From Camelus ferus (taxonomy: Eukaryota): 64,000 nt of DNA. Under the pieces are notes generated by a model. That model was not told the origin of the DNA. It did not search any database and was given only the letters and a program-made list of their open reading frames with translations. The stretch spans positions 72,976,001-73,040,000 of the forward strand of contig NC_045696.1 of NCBI RefSeq assembly GCF_009834535.1. The letters are read 5' to 3'. The number at the start of each line of letters is the position of its first letter. The stretch's first letter is position 1. Below are positions 37,581 through 49,990 of the stretch, one piece after another. The position numbers and the translations under genes were made by a program.

Positions 37581-38471
37581 CACAACCAAATTCAGCAAAC
37601 TGTCCTTTTGTGGAATAACCCTTATATCTAAGGTTTTGGAGACTTTCCTAGGAAGAGGTGGTGCTGTCAAAAGATAAAAGGGTATAGCATATTCAGACTT
37701 CAGTAATCCAACCTCTGTTCTTACCCTACAACCTGGGCTGTTAGCCAGAAGGGTGACCTCAGCCATGGAAGGCTGTGTCCTCTGGCCACACACCTCCAGC
37801 CACATGTGTTCTGTGCCAGAGGCTGGGGTGAAAAGTCCTTCACAGCTCAGGACTTCTCTTTTTTTTGCAATCACAGCGTCCTTGGAAGTGAGGGCAGCTC
37901 GGGCAATCATGGCCACTTCGGGGGCTCCAGGTAGCTGCAATGTATAGAAAGAAGGTTCAAAGAAATTGCCTCTGCTGATACCAAAAAGACCTAGCTAGGG
38001 CCAATGGATTCAGTTGTTCAATACCTACTTATTAAAAAACTGCTGAGTGAGGTTCCGTGTTTCTGGTAGGCAATGTGAGTAATATAAGGATGAGGAAGAC
38101 ACCTACCCTGCCTTATAGAAACACATTCTGGAGAGGAGGGAGAGACTCAAAAACAAGCAACCGCAAAGCAGTGTGAGAAATGCTAAGAGTTATATCTCAT
38201 GCAGTATGGGAGCAGAAGAAAAAGCAGCTCAGCCTAATGGGAGTGACTTTGAGTCCGTCTTCTGGCTGACTTAGAGACCCTCAGCTTAATAAGAGGTGGA
38301 TGGGGGAAGGAGTCCAGGCAGAGAATACCACACAGAGGTTAACAAAGCTTGGCGCATGTAGGGAAGAGTAAGTAGGTCTGGGGTTACATAATGTATAGTA
38401 GATAAAAATAACCAGAAAAGACATCCTGGGGCAGATGATTAAATATGGATTTTTCCTATTGGTTTTCATTC

Positions 38472-38474
<3 letters not shown>

Positions 38475-38516
<42 letters not shown>
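38475..38516. repeat. (GT)21 microsatellite
   Basis: Perfect GT dinucleotide run. Confidence 0.97.
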
Positions 38517-38519
<3 letters not shown>

Positions 38520-39299
38520 TATATGTCTGTGCATATATATAGTTACACATATTACAACAATATTTGTGTAAGTAAAGCATAGTTCTAGATTTGGGGGTTA
38601 TAGAGATAGATTTTGGCAGTGCTTCTTAAAAGGAAGGTATGCACACAAAGCAAACAATAACTCCTAGAAAGCAATTCTACAGGGAAACACAATAATACTG
38701 ACCAAGTATTGCTTTTCAGTAAATAAAAGCTAGAATAGCTAAAAGAATGGAGAGGCTGCATGTCCTTCAATTTCTTCACAGACAACATTTCTATCAAGCA
38801 GGATAGAAATGGGCAAAGAGTGGTTGATTTCATAGTCTTTGTAAATTCTTAAGTCTAAAGTTGATTTTGGTGGCAACTGGTAGGCACTGAAGAGTTGTCA
38901 TCAGTGAGTTGCTACAGTTAATACGTACAAATTTTAGGGAGGAGTGGAAGGAAGAGCAGGGAGATCTGTGAGGGGTTTATTATATTGTCTAAGACGAAAA
39001 CAAAACAAAATAATACAGAACTGAATTAGCCAGTAATATCAGATATGCAGGAGTCCTGCTGATATTAAAGTGGTAAAACTGATCAGCTTTGTGACCAATT
39101 AGTGCTGAGGAGTGAGAAGTCAGAGGAATCAGATTTCTGTCCGGTGTATCTGGCTGAGCTGTAGTCCCCTTCGCTAGAACAGATTGAGAGAGGCAGGTTA
39201 TGATGATGAGTTCTGGTAAGATGTGATGTTAAGACATGATGACAGATTGGCTGTAATTCATCTTTTTAATATAAAAAGAATAATTCTGAGATAGGACCA

Positions 39300-40020
39300 T
39301 ACAGTGCTACAGCCACATTACCAGCCAGTCTAACAGAATCTGCTCTAATGCACACACCACATGACCCATCAATTCCATTTCTCAATATCAACCTCAGAAA
39401 ATTACACTTGACTAGGAAGAATCTGTAAGGATGTGCATTGCAGCATTGTTTGTAAGACAAAAAAATTCAAATTACTTATACGTCCTTTAATAGGGAAATG
39501 ATTAAATAAACCAGGATAGTGTTTCCACCCTTATTAAATAATAAAATCACTGGGGATATTGATTGAAAATAATTTTCCAACCCCCTTCCCAGTCCTGCTC
39601 TGGAAATAGACTCTCCTAGCGAGGGCCCTGAATATTTCTGGGTAATTTTTATCATCAGGGAAGTTTTCAAAAGAGTTATGAAAGTGTTTCCAAAACTATA
39701 TGTAGAAAAATACAAATTGTAGGCAGGATTAAAAAAGAATGAGGGTAGATCTCCATGATGCAACTCAGAATGAGCTCTAAGATATATTGAGTGGTAAATG
39801 CAAAGTGTAGAATGAACTCACAGTATGATATCATTATGTAACCCCAGACCCCCACACAGTATGATATCATTATGTAACCCCAGACCCCCCACACAGTATA
39901 TTGTATGTAACCTTCTACAATATACCTGTAGAAGTAAATATGGTTTGGGGGTGGTGATTTCAAAGAGAATGTCTGTAATGCTTGAACTTTTTTATGATCA
40001 AAAAGTATGTGTGTGTTAAT
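39300..40020 (+). mobile_element. Ancient L1ME fragment with nested sequence
   Basis: ATGACCCATCAATTCCATTTCTC...CATTGCAGCATTGTTTGTAA...AATAGGGAAATGATTAAATAAA. Confidence 0.6.
39819..39912. repeat. 36/37-bp tandem duplication plus partial third unit
   Basis: CACAGTATGATATCATTATGTAACCCCAGACCCCCA at 39819-39854 and 39855-39891 (one extra C), then a degenerate partial copy. Confidence 0.9.
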
Positions 40021-40316
40021 TCTGGAATTAGAAGCAAATATTTATTTACTGCTCTTGTGGTTGAGGTAGTGAAGGTAGCCTACACAAAATATGATTTTTC
40101 CTAGATCATATACACCCTGAAGCATATCTTGGGTAAAATTTACCCATGTAAATAGTTCATCAAATATTTGAAATTGTTCCCTACATCCATTGAAGCAGGT
40201 TCCTTGTTTTGGAGAAGGAGGGCAAGGGAAGTGGCAAAAATGGGGGACAAAGCCCATAAATTTCCCACCATGTCCATTTCTACCCATCTTTCAAGATCCA
40301 ATTTAAATACTGTCTT

Positions 40317-40422
40317 GGGGGTGGGGATAGCTCAGTGGTAGAGTGTGTGCTAAGCACACGTGAGGTCCTGGGTTCAATCCCCAGTACCTCCATTTAAAAA
40401 ATAAGAAAAACAAACATACAAA
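40317..40422 (+). mobile_element. vic-1-like SINE, short form
   Basis: GGGGATAGCTCAGTGGTAGAG...GAGGTCCTGGGTTCAATCCCCAGTACCTCCA plus A-rich tail. Confidence 0.9.
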
Positions 40423-41097
40423 CCCTCACCCCATCTCTCCCACGTCCTCACTGCTGCCTAAAATTCTTGCAATAGGAAACATATGCTTTCATTACATAAT
40501 TAAAGCTGAGTTTCAAAATTCAACCCCCCTGGGAAGAGCCATGAAAAGTAAATGATTATATCCCATCCTTCCCAGAGCAGGAGGAGAGACAGTGGATGAT
40601 GCCTGTGTACATGGGGTAAGGTGAGGGGCAGAGGTGTTGACTCCTTGCAAAGGAAAAACAGGCCAAAAGAAGTTTTTGCTTTTTTTCCCCTAAGCCTGAC
40701 ACATCAGCTACCCACAACCTCTTCCACTTCTGTTCTATGTAGCTATTCTAATAAGAAGGACAATCTGGACAGGAGACAGCTTATTTCAAGGTCTTCCTCT
40801 TGAAGTCAGTACGTCCATGGAGATGCGAACATCATTTCATAGCGTTGCCCTTCAATCACATCGAGTGGCTCACTTAGGGACAAGGCTGAGGACACTCGCC
40901 AAGAAGCCACGCCATGCCTCCAGGTGGTTTTAGACGAGCAGCCCCAGAAAACAACAAACAAACAAACAAACAAAAGGACAAACCATTGTTCTTTATACAA
41001 ATCGTATGCTCTGGAACGTCATGTCTTTTGGCATTAGTGCAGTGATCTCCTGGCCCTAGCCCTCTCCCACAAACACATTGATTATATTACTTACTTA

Positions 41098-41524
41098 TGT
41101 ATCAGTCAGGAGCCTGGCAGAAAATAGTTGGTACCTTAAACTGGGTAATTTAGGGAGAGGTAATGAAAGGACTACCTGTAAACAATAAGAGATGGTTCCA
41201 TACCTTGGTACCGGTATCAGTGAGGTGCTTTCACCATGTCTCTGCGGGACTTAGTGGGGCAGAGAGTGCTCGCCCATCCTCGGGAGAGAGAGCAGGGTAC
41301 AAGGCCACCTGATGGGTGCTGTGATCTTCCATCAAGGGAATAAATACCCCAGTCTTAGTCTTCTTGCTTTTGATTTCTTCCCCTTCCTTGGCCAAAGCCT
41401 ATTGGAAGCCAGAGGGCAAGGGAGCCCATTGATGTGGTCCACAGCCGATCAGCCCCGAGGTCACAAGCAGACGGAGGTGAGTGGAGGGTGGATCTGGAGG
41501 GGCAGGTGGAGGGTGTCTGGCACA
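41098..41524 (-). mobile_element. LTR33-like (ERVL) solo LTR
   Basis: TG...CA termini; minus strand begins TGTGCCAG...TGCCCCTCCAGATCCAC...GGGCTCCCTTGCCCTCTGGCTTCC and ends CTGACTGATACA. Confidence 0.75.
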
Positions 41525-42605
41525 GTTTCATTGTCTGCCTCCTGCTCAAGACACCAAGACCGGTGGCATTTGTGTGTGCAAAGCCATCTCCAGTCTTGAG
41601 CAGCATGGCCTTTCCACCTCCTCTCCCATGATCCTTAACCACGTGACAGCACTGTGCTCAAGACAGGACAACATCCCTGCCCAAAGCCCAAATGTTGTAC
41701 CTTTATGCTCACCTTGTACTTCCTCCTCTGCCTGGACCATCCTCTCTTCCTTTCCTTTTGTAGAATTTCTATACGTCTTTCAAGGGGAGGCTCCGATATC
41801 TCTCTTTGAAGCCTCTTCACATCAGCTTCATCACTTCCACCTTCATCATCCTGGAGCACTGAGCACATACTTTTATTCAGGACTTTCTTCATATACCTTT
41901 TCCCTGCTGCCATGCTGAGCCTGCCTCAGAGATGAAGCCTGCATCTCATCATTACCAACGACTACCACCATTATCATTTTCTGAGGACCTGTTAGGTGCC
42001 CGGCCCAGGCCCTTTAACTGATGGTCTCAGTTCATTCTTTTTTCTAGGAAGCAGACCCTTTGTTTTTACCCAACATACCAGCAGATTTTCAGAGAGGTGA
42101 ATCAGCTTGTACAACATCACTCAGCTAGGAAACAGTGGTCTCTTAAGCTGCTAAACTGGGATTCACACCCATGTCCCTCTAACTCCCAACCTGCAAGTTG
42201 AAACTGAGAGTAACCACAGTGAACCCTGCCTCTCAGCTTTGCATGCCCAGAGCTGGGCCAGTTGTGATTAGTGCATGATTAGTGTCCAAGACATGCTTTT
42301 GAATAAACAACCAGAAACATAACATGCTGACAGAAGTCTCTTGACTGTGCATTTGTTTCTCCTGATATGGGCTGGCACACCCTCTTGATTTTCTCTAGGC
42401 TGATGGTTTATAGTCAAGCCCATGTTGCTGGTAAAACTAAACTTTGTCTTGACTGTGTTTGTTAAGTGCCTTTTCAGAGCAGAATCACAGAATCCGTTAA
42501 AAGGCATTGGACTACAACAGCTGTGTATCAGGAGCTTTTAAGCAACACACCCTTGTATTTTTATTTAAGATTTGTGGGAGTGGGGTCTGAAGGAGAATAT
42601 TTTTA

Positions 42606-42737
42606 TGTTTGGGGTTTTTTTGAGGGGGAAGGTAATTATATTTATTTATTTGTTTTTTAACAGAGGTACTGGGGGTAGAACCCAGGACCTCATGAATGCC
42701 AAGCATGCACTCTACCACTGAACTATACCCTCCCCCC
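42606..42737 (-). mobile_element. vic-1-like SINE, long-tail form, 16-bp TSD
   Basis: Perfect TSD AAGGAGAATATTTTTA at 42590-42605 and 42738-42753. Confidence 0.93.
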
Positions 42738-42769
42738 AAGGAGAATATTTTTAAATTGATTCTGTTATA

Positions 42770-42980
42770 ACAATAACAGCAACTATAGATTAGGTACTTA
42801 CTGTGCGGCCAACTCAGTGCTTGGTGCTTTACACACATTATTCCTGATTTTTTAGCAGCCTTGCAAGGTAGGTCTTACTATCCCCATTTTACAGAACAGG
42901 AAAATGAGTCTCAGTGAGCTTCAGTTACCCAGGCCTCCCAATCACACATACTATATGACTCCAAATTCATGCCAGCATTT
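42770..42980 (-). mobile_element. MIR relic
   Basis: TACTTACTGTG...TGCTTTACACACATT...ATCCCCATTTTACAGAACAGGAAAATGAGTCTCAG. Confidence 0.75.
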
Positions 42981-45900
42981 CCATGGCTCTACTCTGACTC
43001 CCTGAAAGAAAAAAATTCAACACCATCAGCTATGACAGAACCAACATTATCATGAGGGAGATCCTCTAGAAACTTGGAAATTCTATGGCTAATCAAAGTA
43101 ATTCTCATTGTCAAATATAATTATAAAACACAACATCTCAGAATCCTAAAATAACATTTTCCTTTACATAGTTACTTCCTTTAAACTTTCCTTTTACGTC
43201 TTTGCAAAATACAGTGGGTAAGAGCCATGATGGTATCCCACTTATGGGTGAGGAGATTCGATCTCAGGGAAACTAAAGCAGCAGGTAGCAAAGGGACTGG
43301 AACCCCAGTCTTTAGCCTTCTAATCAAGCAAACCTAAATGCAAAAGCATTTTTATTGTGAGTTTTTTTTTAACTAGAAAGCTGAAAGTTTGTCGTCTACA
43401 GAATTTCTTGTTTCTAAAGAGCTCGCCCGTGCCCACTCCCTCTTCCTCACCTGCCCCCTCCTCTGTCACCTTTTTTCCTTACTATTTTCCTTTGTTGCCC
43501 AAATATTATGATAAGAATAAGGGAAGTAATTAGAAGAACGTTGATTCATGATGTCAGTATCCCAACATATCAATTATTTCTAGGTTTCTATTATTGCTGT
43601 GTAATTCAAATATTACCAAAAAAGCAAACATACATCTAAATAAATATTTAAGCCCCTCTAGGAAACTTTGAAACTTAGCAGTGACTAGAAGTTGGTGGTC
43701 ATAAGCACATGATTTACAGAATCAGGCAGAGCCTGGCATGTAGTTTCCTCTGTGAAGGCACAGATTTTGATATCACGAGCCAGGCTAGAAAGCTAGAAAG
43801 AAGCGATAGCAACAAGGAAGAGACTTACTCAAAATTAGCGATCCTTCCTCGAAAGATTTTTAAAAGAAACACCACTACCACATCCAAATTCTGACTGTTA
43901 ACAATCATTCCTCAACAGGAAACAGTGCCTGGTTCTTCCTGGTCCTTTGAACGTTATCTAAGCCAGAGTGATGTTGACCAAAATGTTAACAGCAATTATC
44001 TCTGGACGGTGAGATTGCAAGTGATGTTTATTTTCTTCATGATGCTTTTTTGCATTGTTCAAGTTTTCTGCCGTGAACATACGCTGTGCCTTTAACAAGA
44101 TTAAAATGAGTAACAGTAGTGATGCCAAATAAGATGTGAAGTGGATCTAAAGAAAAGAGCCTATGAAAATGAAAGTCAGGGGTACAAAGGTACAGATCAT
44201 GTAGTCCCTGCCACTGAGGGACGACTAGCCCCTCCCTCAAATCAGAGAGCCTAGAACCCAGAAGTGTGATTTCTAGTTCAGCTCTCTTTCTAATATAACA
44301 CCTGCTTACAAGCCTGTTTCTTTTTCTTTCTTTTTTTTTTTTTAAGCTTGGAAAGATTGTTCCTAAACCATTTGTCAACAGAGAAGATTTGATTCTGAGA
44401 ACATGTTATAGACTTTCTGTAGCAATGGTCCGATATAATTTAGTAGACAATAACACCCATAGAAATGTGTGGGAGCTTTGCTGTCAAGTCCTGGAGTGTT
44501 TTAATAAAGGAACATGTCATTTTTCTTCAGCTAAATTTCAGCTAGAAATAATATTAGAGGAGTTCTCATTGCCATTCATTCCATAGCCTTTCTGCAATTT
44601 GGACACCTTAATGATTTCATGCAAAATTCACTGTCTAAAGAGTCTTGGTGGTGTCTGTCTGATCCTGGTTTTTCCTTTTGATGCGATTACTTACGTGCAT
44701 CCATCATGGTAAAAACAGCAGAGTTTGGGCAAACACTGCTCTCTCAGACCCCCGCTCCCTTTTAGGCCTGGAGATCCTTCATCTAACCCAGTTCCATTCT
44801 TGTGCCTCTTCCCGCTGGCTTCCCCAGTGCCATTTTTATTAAAGCTCCAGCTCATCCCACATTCAGCCGCATGACTTCTTACAGGCTTCAGAATAAATCA
44901 CCACATTGCTCCGATCTTGGCTTCTCTGCCCTCGGCTTTCAATTAAATTTAGAATTGACTTTAAAGATACAACCTCAATGTACATGGTTGAAAATGACCT
45001 TGTTTCCCCTTTCCCACCACCTGCGACTTCCTGCGCGGGGCTCTTATACTCCAGCTCCTGGTTCAAAAAGTAGAAACAGGAATTTGCTACATGCTCCTGT
45101 GGCAAACTATAAGTCTCAAGCTGTTTAAAGTCTTTAAAGTCCCATCCAAAAGGTAAAGTACACTCTGCAGAGAGAAATCTAGGGGCCTGAATCTCTGGCT
45201 GCCTGTGTTCAGGAAGAGACACAGAAGGATAGGAAGAAGAAGAGGAGGAGAAGGAGAAAAAGAAAAAGAAAAAGGAAAAACCTTTGAGCTCAACACTTAA
45301 TTTGTTTAATTTCTACAGTTTGCATTCAGGACAATTGATTAGTCTATTTATAAAATGCATCACTATTAAAGTAATTATGTTAAGTTACTATAAATGATCT
45401 ATGACACGATTACAAGGACACCAAAGCAGGCTTGAACATCAAAACTGGCTTTCATCTTTTGTCTTGTCATTTGGCTTTCCACTCTTAGCAAGGAAGAGAG
45501 CCTAGCAAGCGGCGGGGTTGGGCTATTTAGAATTGGGTGTCCTCCTGCCAATCTCCCCCTCCTCCCTTTGGAAGGCTTTACCAATCAGAATGACTGAACT
45601 GGAAAACTCTTCCTCCGTTCAAAATCATTAACATTTTAAGGCGCATAAGTTGTATCTAAAAGCCATAAGGTTCCTCTCAATTCAGAAGAGAAGGAAAGAA
45701 TGATTTGATTGCCTGAGGAAAAGATAAAACAAGATCCAGTCTGTGAAGAGGATGCGTAAGTTGAAAGGGCTCTACAAGTGTAACAGCCAATTTATGCAGC
45801 CAACCATCAAATAGTTATTGAGTATCTACTGTGCATCAGGTCCCAAAGAGGCTGTACAGTGCTTCAGAGCACGAGCCTTAGTTTCCTCGCTCTAAAATGG

Positions 45901-46502
45901 AAACAGAAGCAGTGGGATAATTAAGTGAAAGAATAAATATACATCACCTAAAACCAGTTCTTGGCACATAAAGAACATTGAATAAATAGCCTTATACAAA
46001 AATATGAAAGAAGTATTCCCAAATGTTAAGGGATTTACAGCCTAATGAATTATTATGCAAAACTTCTGCCTTTTGCCTTTGACCCTAAAATTTGGGAAAC
46101 TTCGAAGATTTAGCTATGCAAATTTCAGATCAAAATACTTTCCTACTGAATGCCTTTTTAAGTAAGATTTGCTAAAAACATGGGGGTGCTCTACTAAACA
46201 AGGAAGACAAGGAAAAGGAATTAGCACTTCCTAACTCACTAAATGTGAGATCTCAATGATTTTGCATCTCTTTTCCTGTTGAAATCTTATTAAATCCTAA
46301 TTAATAGATAGGCATGAATAATCTCATGCCCTGGATGGGGATACTATCGAAGAGAATCAGTAACCTCCCCGTGGTCACATAGCTAGGAAGGGGAGAGAAC
46401 AGAATTCAAACCAGGTAAAGGGATGTCAGAGCCTGCACTCTTGGTCAGCATCACCAGCAGCTGCCCTCTCCTCCCTTGGTCCCAGGGAAAGAGATCTTGA
46501 GT

Positions 46503-46530
46503 CCTTACCTGAAAACACAAGAGATATTTG
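46503..46530 (-). other. Candidate recursive splice site (AG|GT) or micro-exon donor
   Basis: Minus strand reads ATATCTCTTGTGTTTTCAG|GTAAGG. Confidence 0.3.
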
Positions 46531-47228
46531 GGATCTTCTTAAAGCAGAAGGGGAAATTTTTAAGAAGAAAAATATTGTGGAAATTAATTTCTTGCTCAAG
46601 CTTCTGAATAATAGTATTATAGTAAGATTCCTTCCTTTCCATTTAAGCTCTTCTAGGTAGAACCTTCCTTTTTCAGTCCAAAAAGATTACTGTTGACAGG
46701 GGCATGTTTGAGGACTTTGAGTTTCCTTTCCTTTCTTCCGTTAGTACTTATGCTTTTCTGGGGAAGAAAACCATACAAAAGTTTAAATATGTGAATGGAA
46801 AAGTTAGGAAAGAAGATTACACCATACTGACCCTGTTTTGAAAGGTTACAGCCACCTCATAGGTTAACTGATCTTCCCACACCAGCTCTACATTTTATAG
46901 CATTCCCAAATCTCCACTCTTCCTAAGTGAACTTTTCCTTCTCAGGCAGCCTCCCTCCCTGGACTGAAGGAACAATGGTGATGGCCTATGGCAAGTTCAA
47001 CCCAGGAGGCCAAGTGCCCACCCAGGCTGAAGACTTCTGTGCTATGCAGACCTCAACAGACAGCTCCTTAGAATTTTAAAGTAATTGTATTCCAGGCCTA
47101 CACCAAACTATAGCAGGGCTAGACTACAGTTGGTCAAAACCAGCTAATTAAAACTGTCATTCCACAGAAGGCCAAATGGCCATACATAAATAGAAATTTT
47201 TCTTTTTCTTCTAATTTTTAAAATGTTA

Positions 47229-47338
47229 TTTTTTTAGGGGGTGGTAACTAGGTTTATTTATGTATTGTTAATGGTGATTGAACCCAGGACCTCGTGCATG
47301 CTATGCAGACACTGTACCACTGAGCTATACCCTCCCCC
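47229..47338 (-). mobile_element. vic-1-like SINE, long-tail form
   Basis: GGTAACTAGGTTTATTTA...GATTGAACCCAGGACCTCGTGCATGCT...ACCACTGAGCTATACCCTCCCCC. Confidence 0.88.
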
Positions 47339-49171
47339 ACAAAACTTTTCTTTCTTACCTGCCTTCCATTCTTTCTTCCTCTCCTTCTCTGTCTCTTTCT
47401 TAGTTTCTGGAAATAATTGTTCTTTTTCTATTGCCTTAAAAGAAGGTACCTCACAGTTTATCTTATCTGGCAGGAGCCTAAACAGCTTCTTATCTTCTCA
47501 GCATATTCTTTAAAGTTTAAGATGAAAAAGACTGAAGGATGAAAATACCCTGTTTAGCTGACAGAGAGTTTACAGTTATCCAATAGCTGTGTGTGTTTAT
47601 GTGTGTGTTTTTAGATTCCAATATCAGAAACTGAACCCATCATTTACTAGGACATTTGTTATTGGCCAAAAAATTATATTTACAATCAAGTTCTGTGAAT
47701 GTAATAATTTATTTTATATGTTTATCATTTTCCTTTTCAAAGCAACTTCACATGTACCTGAGCTAGATTTAAATGACAACACCCATTTTGCAGATCAGGA
47801 AAGTTGACTCAGATGGGCCAAAGGGCATGCCAAGGTCACAGAACTAATTAGGTGTAGCATCAGAATTAGAGTCCTGGCTTTCTTCTTTATTGTGGACTTT
47901 TTTTTTTTTTTTTTTTTGGTACTACACTATATACAAGATTTATATGCTAGTCTTTGAGATTTCCTCATGGGAATAGAAGTACTATTCCACAATGTGTGCC
48001 TTGGGGCTTCAGTTAAGAGCTGACTTTTAAGCAGAATATACTATTGGCATTCCCTATTTAAGATGACTGTGGCTCCAAGGCATTGAAAGTCATTTTGTGG
48101 AGAAAAGACCTGAAATCATCTCTTAGTACAAAACAACCATAGAAAAGTTATTTAACCTCTTTGAGTCTGTTTCTTTACCTGTAAAATGGTAACAATATTG
48201 CCAGTTTTGTAGGGCTGGTATAAGGCTGGTATAAATGACATTTGCAAAGTGCTCTGCCAGTAGATTGCAGATGCTCAGTAAGTGTTAGAATTGTTTTGAG
48301 AGTAGGGTTAAGAAGTAAGTTAGGAGAGTAAATTTAAGGAAAAGTGACTCATCCTCCCCAAGGACACTTCACTTGTGACCATAGCTCCCTCCCAAACTGT
48401 AAAACTCAGATAGGAAGTAGGACAGATAGGTAAAGGTCAGATCATGTGAAGCCCTGCAGGTCATAGTATGGAGTTAGGAGTGGCCTCATCAGAAAAAAAT
48501 TTGAACTTCTTTTCTCGGTTCTTCCCACTAACCAAGCTTGTTCCTACCTCAAGGCCTTTGCACTTCCTGTTTCCTCCTTAACCACTCCCTTATCTTGATT
48601 GAATTTTTCCTCAACACTTAGCAATACCTGAAATTATATTGCATATTTATATAATTGTTGTCTATCTCTTCTGCTAGAATGTAAGCTCCATAAAGACAAG
48701 GACCTCATTGCTTGTCTCACTCAATTTCTCCAGTACCTAGAAGAATAAATGGTTAATCTTAGGGCATTTCATAAATAATGGAAGAACATGATATTCTTAT
48801 AGAAATAAAGTGATGTTCTTCTAGGACCAGTTATTAGCACTATGGAGTGTTCAGACTGCCACCTTTACACCTGATTTTAATCGCTAAGTGCATTTTCAGC
48901 ATTACATTAGGATTCTTATAAAGATGAAAGCTAAATGACATATTCAAAGAAATTATAAAAACACGAACCATTCCCTAAAATTGGCACGTTTCACTTAGTA
49001 TGATGTTTCAGGATCAAGACAGGAAAACTTGAAAATATAAATCTGATCTTGTCACTAGTCTACCTTTTCTTCGAGGCTGCCACTGCCCCAGGCAATAATG
49101 AAGCAGCTCTACCCTGAAGGACCCTGAGAATCTTGTCAGAGCTCTTGTGTGCACCTGGCATCATCTCCTAT

Positions 49172-49263
49172 GAGGGTACATGTTCCCCCACATAATTATT
49201 CATAACACCTCCTTTCAGTCTCAAGCGTCCTGGTTTGAGTAATGATATACCTGGCCATCCTAC
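49172..49263 (-). mobile_element. MER94-like hAT-Blackjack relic
   Basis: ATAATTATTCATAACACCTCCTTTCAGTCTCAAGCGTCCTGGTTTG...TGGCCATCCTA resembles the reverse complement of MER94. Confidence 0.55.
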
Positions 49264-49845
49264 CTACATCACCCTTTTCCCTAAGACCTTGACTCCAACC
49301 AGACCCCCCATCTAGCAGACAGTCTCCAAACAGCAGAGGCTCTTTTATACCTTTGAGAAATTTTCCCTCAATTTAGGATCTCCTCCATTCTTCCAGAGTC
49401 TAGCTCTACTATCAGCTCCTCTAGAAAGGCTTTCCCAGAATTTTCCTCCAGCCTAATTAAGATTAGACAAACACCCCAGAGCTACTTTGGAATTGCCTGA
49501 GGAGTTTTTTGAAAATACAGACTGCAGACCCCACCACCTAAGTCAGGAGTTAGCAAATCTAGGGTGGGGCCCAGGAAATCTGTTTACCCTTCTTCCCTGT
49601 TCCCACAATATCTCCTGCATACTTCTACAGCTATCTCCCTGTTTCCTTCATGTGACTATCAACTCCTGGAGGGCAGGACCCGTGACCACACCTTTGGTGC
49701 ATCTTCAGTGACTGGAACAGTCACTCAGTAAATGATGCATCGACACATGAATAATAATGGGGAATATTTACAAAGTCCTTACTATGTATCAGGCACAGTT
49801 CTGTGTGGTTTTTAGGTATTAACTCATTATTTCAGAAAAATGTTA

Positions 49846-49990
49846 GGGGGAAGGTGTAGCCCAATGGTAGAGCATGTGCTTAGCATGCACAAGGTCCTGG
49901 GTTCAATCCCCAGAACCTCCACTAAAAAAGAAAAAAATTATTAAAAAATTAATAAATAAACCTAATTACACCCCCCAAAAAAGGAAAAAA
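49846..49990 (+). mobile_element. vic-1-like SINE, long-tail form
   Basis: GGGGGAAGGTGTAGCCCAATGGTAGAG...GGTTCAATCCCCAG...AATAAACCTAATTAC. Confidence 0.9.

Noticed and set aside
39819..39912. 36-bp repeats of CRISPR-like length
   Set aside because: Units are adjacent with no spacers, and the DNA is mammalian
40061..40080. TGAGGTAGT let-7 seed-like string
   Set aside because: The rest of mature let-7 and a hairpin arm are absent; I recognised no known miRNA in the window
40317..40392. tRNA-Ala-like sequence (also the other 11 copies)
   Set aside because: Extra 5' G-rich bases, broken stems, A-rich tails and in several copies TSDs identify them as SINEs, not tRNA genes
41312..41918. Cluster of 64-145 aa ORFs
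   Set aside because: They overlap an LTR33-like LTR and L2 relic on both strands, with no gag/pol/env similarity
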